Shown here piece after piece: positions 1-21,966 of a stretch of 64,000 nucleotides of DNA. The DNA lies in the NCBI GenBank assembly GCA_003344405.1, contig NOWV01000021.1, positions 620,001 through 684,000 of the forward strand, written 5' to 3'. Position 1 is the first letter of the stretch, and every line of letters starts with the position of its first letter. Origin of the DNA: Trichoplax sp. H2. Lineage: Eukaryota. The notes under the pieces were generated by a model. That model was not told where the DNA came from, did not search any database, and saw only the letters and a list, made by a program, of their open reading frames with translations. The position numbers and the translations under genes are program-made.

Positions 1-10851
<10,851 letters not shown>

Positions 10852-11546
10852 TTTTGTTTTAACTGCATATTACGTTTTACGGAAGTGAATTAGGACCAAT
10901 TTGTATTATAGTTGTCTATATTGATATTATACAGAACTATTTACATTACTTAGCCGCTGATAATTATTTAATTATGGAATTATAAAGCATTCTTTCTATG
11001 TATTTATATGGTTAGCAATATATTGAAAAATTCTTAAAATTTGAATTACTGCAAATGAAATCTTCTGCGAGACGTGATATTTTGATATATGATTTGTTAC
11101 ATAATATTAACAGAACATATCATCCAGAGATCAGAGTATTCATATTTTTTATTATTGATGCTTGATTGCTTGTACATTAAAATTATAATGGCAATATGCA
11201 CACGTTATTTATTATGAAATCAACATTCTACTTGTAACAGGAGTAATGTATATTATGCCTTCATCTGAAGATGCTACCATAACTTTAACTTTATCAAGTG
11301 TAACGTACGGCTATAGTAAATATTGTAATATTAATGCTTTGTTATGCAATTATACAGATACTACATCCGGTTTCTAGATACTAACTGCCATTGTATTTTC
11401 AATTATGATGCTAACGATGCATTCGATTTATCAATTATACTCTTGATGCCGTATATCGATAACATTAGTTATCAATCAATATTAAGTAATATTAAAAGAT
11501 GAAACAGAAATGATATTTGACATGTCAAGCTAATGGTTGATAGTAT

Positions 11547-14500
11547 TTAGCGTACACCGAGAATTCCACAATCAATTAATTTTTGGAGTTTAGAGGCAAT
11601 GTTTGGATTTTTCAAATGTCTAAAATATAGTTGATAAATGATTGAAACAAAAATTAAATTTTAACCTGTAAAGTAGAAATTAGAATCTAGAAAAAAAGAT
11701 AGAAATACTTACTCTCCAGCTGCATGGGGATCATTCTGCATTTGTTCAAGAATAAGCCTCATCGCAGGGTCGCTTAATATATCCTACCAAAAATAAGATA
11801 GAAGTGTTAGTTCATCCCTGATTTAGATCTAGAAAGATATTACTGTACATGTAACATTCATCTTTTGTGATTTAGGCAAGTAACACGCGTAGACGTATAG
11901 GTTTATCAATTTCATACCCTAACTTCTGGATCTTGCATTGCTGCTTCTGCACGTTTCTTAGGATCAGCTTCAGTTACACTGGAGCTACGATAGTACCCCT
12001 CTTTAGCTTCCTGTGTTACGAGTATGCGTAATTATGAAAGTGTAAGTAGGGTCGGCAACATTATGTGCATAGCATAATGTAGGATAAGAGTGATATTTTT
12101 AATGCACATTCACGTTATACCGCATTGTTAGGATCTAATTCTAATGCTTTAGTAAAACAAGCTGCTGCTTTTGAATTTTCTTTTAGAGCCAAAAGAATGT
12201 TGCCTTTTCGCAAGTGACCCTTAACTGAAATACAAACAGTGACGTTAAATCTAATACTGAAGTTATACAATCATATCAATCTTTAATATGCAAAACATAT
12301 ACGCACTAAAATTTGGATCTAATCGGATGCATTCATCGCAGTCCTAAAGGTGAATAACAAATTTAAGAGCAAATTACGATAAGGTCATCGACGACAAGTA
12401 TCAACTGTCAATGTAACGAATCACGATAAAGTACTACTGAAGCACTATTTATACATTATAATTATTGTATTACCTTTAAGCCAAGGTTAAATTCTGCTAA
12501 TTTCACATAACATGCGGCACGATTACTGTACAACTTTCCGTCATCAGGATTCCTTTTGATAGCTTCTGAATAGTGCTTTACTGCTTCTGGATACTTGCCT
12601 ATTTATATGAAATTGATCCAATAGTTGGCAAATATTGTTAAGTTTTAATCAAAATCATTCTCATCAAACTAGATAAACAACATCGTATTACCTTTCTGAA
12701 AATACTCGTTTCCTTTCGCTTTCTCTTCCAGTGACAATTCAGGGTTGATATAGGCTTTTCTTTCCATTTCTTGCATAGTTTTTTTCACCTTTCAATAATT
12801 TAACGTTATAAGACAGACTGTACAAAATCATTTTATTTATTGCATTGATTTAGCTACAAGTGGAAAACCTGATTGTATTTCTTTAATACGTCTTGAGCTC
12901 GGTGCTCTGATAGAGACTTCTCAAAATTCGTAATAGCATCTTCATATTTCTCCATTTTAACATAGGCATTAGCAATCCGTGCGAACGCTCTATCAAAATT
13001 AAAGAGGTATTTAAGTCCTTGTGATACATCATAATTATACACGTGAACATCACTAAACATCCGTTAAGATTTTTTGCAATGTGTAACAGTTACAGGTCTT
13101 GTAATTAGCAAATTAATCTTACTTTGCAATTAGTTTAAAATCTGCTCTGTGTTCTCGTCCAATTTCTATGCCTTTACGGCAATCTTCAATGCAGTTATCC
13201 AAGTCTCCTTTCTCAAAATGGACAGCTATTTATGAAAGTTAATCTACCTTCAGCCAGATAATACTAACTTTAGTTTGTTACATTGTCATAAAATGATACC
13301 TTACCAGCTCTATTGGTATAAAATGTTAAATTTTTCGGATCATATTCCATAGCTTTTGTATAGTGTGCAATAGCGACATCAAAATCTTTGTTCTTATATG
13401 CTGCATTGCCTAACTCTTTTTCTTTAATAGCCTTAATAACAGCATAAGATAAAACAGACATTAATTCAATATGTATACCATAGCATATACAGGTCAAGTA
13501 AAAACTCTTTACTTTTCTTTGTTCATCGTTTAAATCGGGAGTATCTGCTGTCATTTTCTTTTCTTGTGTTTTCTCCTTATTACTACTACTACTATTTAGC
13601 TGATGATCGCTCATGACTTGTGGTAGTGGTAGTGTTCGACTCTGATTGTGGCTCTGTAATTAGTCACAGTAAAATCAGCTAATTTACTGTAGAATAATGA
13701 AAAGGCTGTAAAAATTAATACAATACCTGGATTAAATGAAGCATCAGCACTGAGATTTATACCAAGTAATACACCAAGGGCATTTACAAAACGTGGATCG
13801 TTCATAAATCTATGAAAGAAGTAATAATAAATTAGACGTAATAAAGTAATAGCAATTTGATTAAATAGGTCGTACAGTAGCCACTTTACTTCCCGCACAG
13901 TAAGAATAACAAATAATAATAAAGTTTACTAACTGCGTCATAAGTTCTCGACTCGACTTAGCTACATTAAACATCGCCATAAAATCTGGCTGGTTTAAGT
14001 AAGCACTTGTTGTAGGATTGGCCCGCAATTTGTCTAGGGCGCCTGGATCAGCAAAGGGATTCGGCATAGACTTTTGGCTAGCTGCAATGATAGTGCCAAC
14101 AATTAAAAGTTAAATATAATTAATTTGATTAGAGATTCGCATTGCATCTTCTTAATAATATACATAAATTTTTTAAATAATTATATAACATTAAACGTTA
14201 CTAAATTTTTAGTTAATCAAATGAGATCAACATATTGAATAGCACGATAAATGAATGTCCATATTCGTACTACATTATATATGTATAAATACAAGCGAAA
14301 ATTATCTATTTGCATTTATGTGACGACCATTACGTATGTGAAATTTAATAAATTTTATTCTAATACAAAAATAATATTATAGCTACAGGCTAATCGTTCA
14401 TTCAGCATAATTGTACAATGTATACATAGGTCGTCGAATCGCATTTTTGATAAAATACGTTAAAATTTAGGCTCATTGCCTAAAAAGGTGCAAACTAATG

Positions 14501-17016
14501 TATGAATTGTTATATCTAACTTTTTAAGTTAAAAAGTACACTAAATGTGCGCATGTACTATGAGCATTCTATATGCTTAATAAAGATACCGTCTAGGTAA
14601 AAAATTCACATGTCGTGAATGTTTTAGTATTTTATTGGAGGAATTAAAAAATAACCATTCAATTTGAAAGTTGTACAAAAATACCTGAAATTTCTTTTTC
14701 AACCTCTTTCAGCCCGTTTACCAATTGATCATTATTCGGATTTAACTTTAACCCATCTTGATAAGTTGTAACAGCTTCTTCATATCGTTTTAAAAATGTT
14801 AAAGCAGCACCAACACGAGAATAACCCTATAGCGAAAAAATAAGCTATATTAACTCCCATAGTGTAAAGGATTTACTAATATCAACGCACTAAAAACCTT
14901 CAATTGTTAACGAATCGTTCCAATGAGGATAGTCAGTATGACGTAGGTAGTTAATTAGTATTACAATAATTACTCCTTACCTTGGGCCAATCAGGTTTAA
15001 GTTGTACCGTTTTGTTGGCATCATCAAGAGCCTTCTCATACTGGCCTAAACTGGCATAGGCTGCAGATCGATTACTATAGAAGATGTGATTATTAGGATT
15101 TAATTGGATTGCTTCAGTATAGCACTTGATGGCTTCTTGAAAGTTCTTCTCTTGAAGTGCGAGGTTACCTTTACTTTTCCACTCATTTGCCTTCATTAAA
15201 ACAGAGTGAAGTAGAGGTAGAAATATATAAGTATTAGTTCGCGTATAAGCTCTACATACTACACAATCAATTTTGTTGTAGCAAAGCCTCGATACGTTTA
15301 CTGCTGGAATAAAGAAGTGACACACATGTACAGCAGCAGGCCGATATCAGTGCTATGTCATATTTTCATTATACTGCGATATACGAATAAACGTTTATGT
15401 AACGTCACTTTAAAAGTAGATGGTAAGCCTAAATACATTCGCATTTATAGTCATATCCATGATATCGTGAGGATTGATTAGGCTTGGGTATAATTTTTTG
15501 AAAATGTGATCAACTCAATACAAGTTAATGAAATTTTACTGATAATATGGATTGATTAGAATAAGAAAGGTATTGAAAATCTGTTAATTTAGCATGATGC
15601 AAATTAATTAGTTTGATACAACTAATATCTCCATTTGTCATAGGTTAGTTTTTGTAGATAGCTTGAAATTTTAATTTAGTAGAATTTTAAAATTCTCTGG
15701 ACGTTACAGTACGAATGAGTTACAATATTGTAAGCAGATTGATTGAGACTGTTGCAATTTATAACCGTGTAGCAGTCTTGTACAGAAATTCATTGATTAT
15801 TACAGTACTGCAAACTATAACCGTACGTTGCTCTATAGCTCAATAATCCGATAGGTCCGCAGAGCGGTAACTATCTGCACTATGCACCGTAGAGGATGCA
15901 AAACATTAGAAACATTAGCATACAGAATAAGTGTTTTTGTCGGCTTTCAATTGAATAGGAATACATCTCAATTGCATTATGTATGTAATTTACTATTATG
16001 CAATTTGCAAATTCTGCCGTACTCGCATAGTGGTAATATATCGATTTTGTGCTGTCAAGCGATACATGTCTCCATAGCTACTGGAAATACGATTCAAGAA
16101 TCTACAGGATATGACTCATGTAGCGATTTACTGCTATTACATTTGTAGTAGACTGAGAGCAATTTCTATCTATGATCATTCATGATATCATACTACTTAT
16201 ATAATTAATTGATATACAATACACTATTGAATAGGATATTTTATTGCAAATGGAAATACAGTACTGCAGCTTGTACTCTATTCTGTCAGTACCTATTGTA
16301 CAGCATCGCCAATTTTAGTGCCACCCATTGCAGTATAGCTATAGATTGAACTACTCTAACTATTTTAATGCCATGACTGGAGGTTGTAGAGTAGTGATAT
16401 AGGAACTACTAGGATGAAATGTATTTCAAAGTTCTTCTTTGGTAGGGCTAGAGATTTAGCATGTCCCAAATTCTACGTGTTTCTACCCCAATATGACAAC
16501 ACGAAACAGCACCAACATAACCAACATTACCTCAATATACCATATTAATTAATTCATCAACAAGACTAGTGTGCTCAATGTAACGTCGATGAGTTTGTGC
16601 TCATTTTGACTGGTTATTGCATCAGAAAAATGGAGAATGCATGGATATATGCAGCATTTGAACTGACATGCTATTTACTTGTAACCAAGTAAAGAAAGAC
16701 TAGAAAAATTATACGAGTAAAACTATGGCAATAGAATATTTCATAGATCCCAAAAAGAGGAAAGTTGGGGGCCACTGAAGCTATTCACTTGCTGTCGATC
16801 ATTGAGCTGAGTCGAAAAGCTCATTTCAACGCATGGACATAGAATGAGATTATTATTTGCATCCTACTCGGGACTTTGCTACACAGTTAAGAGGAGTTCT
16901 TATTCATTTCACTATTGGCAAGTTCATGGATGATTCAGTTGAATTTTAATAGAAATAAATGCCTCCAAACTGGAGAGCAAGAAATGATTTCAAGAACTTA
17001 CCTGATCTGCAGCCAT
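11547..17016 (-). CDS. STIP1: Stress-induced phosphoprotein 1 / Hop (Hsp70-Hsp90 organising TPR protein), multi-exon
   Basis: Exon 1 MAADQ (17016-17002, GTAAGT donor); exon 2 [13 protein letters not shown]...YSNRSAAY (TPR1); MPNPFADP...NDPRF (DP1); [15 protein letters not shown] (TPR2A); [13 protein letters not shown] (TPR2B); [23 protein letters not shown] (DP2); ends GILGVR* (TAA 11547-11549). Linker splicing is ambiguous (see findings). Confidence 0.95.
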
Positions 17017-17024
17017 GACGAGAC

Positions 17025-17037
17025 TTCTAGAAGTTTC
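17025..17037. promoter_or_regulatory. Heat shock element (three nGAAn units)
   Basis: TTCtaGAAgtTTC lies 8 bp upstream of the STIP1 ATG and matches the HSF1 consensus perfectly. STIP1 is a known HSF target. Confidence 0.75.
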
Positions 17038-17515
17038 TGAGATGGCAAAGGCTTGCAATGAAAGATTACCATGAGGACAGTACAGTACACGATACCATAC
17101 AGTACTGTGCACTGTATCCTGTTCACACACAGGTACACTACAGTACACTAGCAGGAATCAAAGGCAGAGAGATCTGTATGATACTGGACTGTATCATCAG
17201 GAAGCTAACGAACAACGAATTGTAACTGCATTGTGCAAGCACACTAGTACGTACTGTACACTGTACGGTATCGTACGGTACAGTACTAGACAGTGTTGAC
17301 GGTACCGTTACTCGTTACCAGCAGTCGTCTTTGGTCTATCGTCACGTCGTCACATGTGTCCGTAACACTGCCCGTAACACTGCCACTGGTTTGTTTCACA
17401 TTCATACTCTACAGCTAATTTTATCATCATCATCATATTCTACAGTTTATCCTCCTACCTGTCGATAGAAACTTTACATAGAATTATTAGCAAATTATTA
17501 CTTTAATGATTCACC

Positions 17516-17754
17516 CCGATTTTGCTGTCGCAATGAATCCTACTGTACATACTTTAGCACCGGAACCGGTGTTTCTATGCTGTTTATGGCCCAATTTTGC
17601 TCTCGAAATTAATCCTACAGTACTGTACTGTACTTACTTTAGCACCGGAACCGGTGTTTCTATGCTGTTTATAGCCCGATTTTGCTCTCCAAATTAATCC
17701 TACTGTACTGTACATACTTTAATACCGGAATCAGTGTTTCTATGCTGTTTATGG
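17516..17754. repeat. Tandem repeat, about 75-85 bp x3
   Basis: Unit ccgattttgctstc...aatcctactgtacatactttagcaccggaaccggtgtttctatgctgtttat starts near 17516, 17591 and 17676. Confidence 0.85.
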
Positions 17755-18297
17755 AGTGCATTACAGAATGATTGTAACCAACAATGATCAATTAGTTAGT
17801 CATACTGGACAGTGTTTTACAACTTCCTTCTTATTCAATCAGGTGCATAAAACCGCTAGTATACAGTATACTGTACTGTACATTGTACAATCTACATGGT
17901 ATCACGTCAGGTTTAGAATCTCTTCTCTGTGTAGCGGTATACAGTATCTCTCTCTTTCTACTTCCTACTCGACTGACTTTGGGCAATCAAGTTCTCTTTT
18001 CTAAAATAGCTCTTTCTTTCTCGTCTACAGTTTAAAACTAGAAAGTCATATTATCCCACAGTACTGCACTGTACTGTACAAGTATCATGGTTACCAGCTA
18101 TCTTTTGGATAAAGTGTTCAATCTTAGACCAAACATTTCTTGTTTTCTCCTTCTACTCTACAGTAGAGTATTGACTGTAAACTGTAGATTATAGATGGAC
18201 TACTGTACACTGAGTGTACAGTACAGTACTAGAAATTATCACTGTTGTAATTTCGAGTAGTCCATGACTGCTCAAAGTGCTCATTAGACCTAACCAC

Positions 18298-18654
18298 TTT
18301 TGAAACTTATAAATTCGAAAGTGACTAAGTGTAATGCTCATTTTGATACTGCACGTTAGATACTCTTTGTCGGGGACTTTTTTCTCTTTTGAAATTTATA
18401 AATTCGAAAGTGACTAAGTGTAATACTCATTTTGATACTGCCGTTAGATACTTTTTGTCAGTGACTTTTTTCTCTTTTTGAAATTTATAAATTCGAAAGT
18501 GACTAAGTGTAATACTCATTTTGATACTGCACGTTCGATACTTTTTGTCAAGGACTTCTTTCTCTTTGAAATTTATAAATTCGAAAGTGACTAAGTGTAA
18601 TAGTCATTTTGATATTGCACTTTAGATAGTTTTTGTCAGTGACTTCTTTCTCTT
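18298..18654. repeat. Tandem repeat, about 89 bp x4
   Basis: Unit gaaatttataaattcgaaagtgactaagtgtaatactcattttgatactgcacgttagatactttttgtcagtgacttttttctct at 18302, 18391, 18480 and 18568. Confidence 0.92.
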
Positions 18655-19061
18655 CAGGCCCAGTCAGGGGTTTCTTTGAGGTAAAACTGACTGTAGACCG
18701 ACAGTGTACAGTACTGTAGAGACAGTACCATTACTGTAGAGACCCTTAGTGTACTGTCCAGTGTCCATTACAGTCATGACGGTATACACCGTGTACTATA
18801 CAGAGCAGACCATGCCCCCCATAACGGAACGATCCCTCAACTGGATATCGTACTGTATTTCCACGTCATCATTACAGTACCAACTACTGCAACTACAGTA
18901 TAGCAACTGTGGAATGAATTTTCATTGTTAGCTGTAATGAAGCGAATTAATAAATTATTGCAGCAAAAATAATTAATTAAACCATTATCAACGACCAAAG
19001 CTTTTCTTTCTATCCTGAGAAGACCATTTTATTGTCGTCCTGTCAAATCTCTGCCATAAAA

Positions 19062-20300
19062 ATGAGGATGAATAAAATCGTCAAACCAAGCAATCCCTCT
19101 AAAAATAGTGTTGTACTGGCAATACTCGTTCTCGCCATCGCCATTGCTTGCATACAATGCCAAGATGATGCTGTATTACCTGTTTCAAAGGCTAGCAATC
19201 GACTTGCTATGGAGCTCTACCGCGAGATAGGCCATGAAGATCAAAACAGTATCTTTTCTTCTTATAGTTTGATCGTAGCCATGTCGATGGTTTTAGCTGG
19301 ATGCAGAGGAAATACTGCAAAACAAGTGGTGCAGGCGCTACATTTCGATCACTTGGAGGTATTAGATATTCATACGTCAATGAGACTTTTATCACATCAA
19401 GTGCAACAACACGCTAACAACGTTACGTGTCAGTTCAATGATGCCAATTGTATCTTTACCCAAAAAGGATTCCCAATCTTGCCGTTCTATCTTAAACTTG
19501 TGCGTGATTTCTATCACTCCGATGTGAAAGAGGTCGACTTTAGTGATAGCCAGTCTACTACTAATCTAATTAACCAATGGATTGACAAAATGACAAATCA
19601 TAAAATTAGCCAATTATTCGATCCTGCTGATATTACCCCGATGACAAAATTAGTTTTAGCGAATGCCATTTATTTCAAAGGAAAATGGAAGCTACCCTTC
19701 GATAAATTAAAGGTGACAGAGAAACCATTTCATTATACTTCTAATGAAGATGTTATTGTTAAAATGATGTCACGAAAAATGAAAGTAAATTATATGCAGG
19801 ACCATAGCAGTGGCATACAAATGATTGAGTTGCCGTACGAATGTAGCAAAACTTCCATGATTATTGTCCTGCCTCAATCGGTCTCTATGTTCTCTGATCT
19901 TAAGCAGATACTACTTATGGAGGGAAAGTTAGACCAGTGGATAAATTCGATGAGAAAGATGGAGGTTAACGTTCAAATACCGAAATTTTCTATCAAACAA
20001 AGGATGAATCTAAATGGTGTACTTAAAAAGCTGGGCATGACTGATTTATTTGATAGTTCTCGTGCAGATCTTACTGGAATATCCCAAGCGGAAAATTTAT
20101 TTGTTGGAAAGGTCATTCAAGAAGCACGTTTGGATGTCAATGAAGAAGGAAGTGAAGCTGCTGCGGCTACTGGAGTAATTGTTCTAGCAAAAATGATGCT
20201 GGTAACACCTGAATTTATAGCTGATCGGCCATTTATCTATTTAATCAGAGACGTAGAAAGCAATACAATCCTATTTATGGGACATGTTAGAAAACCGTAG
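19062..20300 (+). CDS. Secreted inhibitory serpin (neuroserpin-like reactive loop), single exon
   Basis: Uninterrupted ORF from the first ATG at 19062 (the track starts at an upstream TTG). Hydrophobic signal segment, NAIYFKGKW, hinge/RCL EEGSEAAAATGVIVLAK-M, serpin signature FIADRPFIYLI...ILFMGHV. Confidence 0.95.
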   Translation: MRMNKIVKPSNPSKNSVVLAILVLAIAIACIQCQDDAVLPVSKASNRLAMELYREIGHEDQNSIFSSYSLIVAMSMVLAGCRGNTAKQVVQALHFDHLEVLDIHTSMRLLSHQVQQHANNVTCQFNDANCIFTQKGFPILPFYLKLVRDFYHSDVKEVDFSDSQSTTNLINQWIDKMTNHKISQLFDPADITPMTKLVLANAIYFKGKWKLPFDKLKVTEKPFHYTSNEDVIVKMMSRKMKVNYMQDHSSGIQMIELPYECSKTSMIIVLPQSVSMFSDLKQILLMEGKLDQWINSMRKMEVNVQIPKFSIKQRMNLNGVLKKLGMTDLFDSSRADLTGISQAENLFVGKVIQEARLDVNEEGSEAAAATGVIVLAKMMLVTPEFIADRPFIYLIRDVESNTILFMGHVRKP

Positions 20301-21966
20301 TACGGTCATGAACGTAAGCTCGTACTGTGGTGGAATCTTTGCTGCACCACTAAATTTTTAAAATAGTTTGAACTATAATATACTCGAAATGAACTAAACT
20401 ATACATTATAAGTACAAATATGAGACAGAAATATAGCATACAGCACCGTCTACTCTAACTTGTTCTAATTATTCTATGAATGATATTGTAATAGTTTCTT
20501 AAGCCAATTTAATGATCCCTAATTTATTGCATTACCATGATATACGTGTATATACGTATCTATCAGCTATAAAGATGTAACAATCTTGAGAGAGAAAAAA
20601 ATAGACTCCTACGCTACGTCATGTTGCTCTTGCTCATCAGAGACATTATCCATATATAAATACTTGCAGATTGCAGTACATACTGTACTGTAAAATTTTA
20701 AATTGCTTGTTGTATTCACCATGTGAAAAGACTTTCACATACTGTATGCATACTTTATTACAAATTAAAAGCATTTCTGTTGGCATTACAGTATGCCATT
20801 AATATTATTATTATATCGATCGATAGTTAACCGTTGTACGAGTATACTCGAGCTAATCAATGATAATGTGGCTAATTGCAGTATAAGCTGGATAAGACAA
20901 TGTATGACCAGTATGCTATTTAATGAAGTGTCATAGTCTTTATTATAAAATATTATTAACAAAGTACTTTTACAGTTTATTATTTGCTTATAGTTCAATT
21001 AATATATCTGTTTAAATAGCACTTTTAAGTGACGCATCTGTTTGTTACGAATGATCTTCAAGATGTAAAAGCGCTATCAATAGAAGGATTCACGATACTA
21101 CGGAAACTGCGACAAATTCACTACTGGTTTAGTTGTTCTCTGTGAATAATATCATTGTCATTAGCAATCTTGAATTTTTGATCATTTGCACATTCGACAG
21201 TTCCAATAAAATGATTAGGATTGGCAAGCTATTCTATGTACACTAAATTACTAGCTACTCTGTAGCTGCTATTGACTGGAAATATTTCTAAGTTAACAAC
21301 TTGAATTACATGTCAATGGTTAAGTTCATACTGAGTACATGAGTACCAGGGCATGGACTACTAGAAATTTTTACCTTCTAGTAGTAGTTCATAGTCTCCT
21401 CTGAATACGTACTACTCGCTTTTACCATCTGATAAAACTCATTCCGGCAAGACACATAAATTATGACGCTCCCTTAGCAATTCATTACTCCGGATAACAT
21501 TTCCTACTTACAAGGAGATATTGTATTCAGTATTGTTTAAGAATACCTATTTTGCAGCACGCTACAGTGAACACCACTACGGCTCCAACTTGCTTGATAT
21601 ACTGTATTATGAGGCATGCTAAGTTCATCTTTCAATCGACCTGCGTACCCAAGCTTATTAAAAAGACTTCAATCGATCAGAGGGTATAGAGATCCTTAGT
21701 CATGATATGTATGATTTGACTTCAGCACAAGTCATCGATTACAATTATTTCATACATTATCCTTGACTTCTTTATTATCCATACTAACTCTCAGTTTCAA
21801 GTTTGTTACGTACGGGTATCTAAGAATCTGTAATTACTTTGTCTTAGCTGGATTAGATTATACCGATGACATGCTACTCTTTAAAAAAGACAATCTGAAG
21901 ATTAGTTTAAACAAAGATTTTTATTTGTAATCTTTTAGTAGGATTCCACCCAAGAATTGAATGCGC

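Noticed and set aside
20298..20366. Stop-codon readthrough of the serpin giving an ER-retention tail
   Set aside because: TAG-T is not a known leaky context, and the extension does not end in a KDEL/HDEL-like motif.
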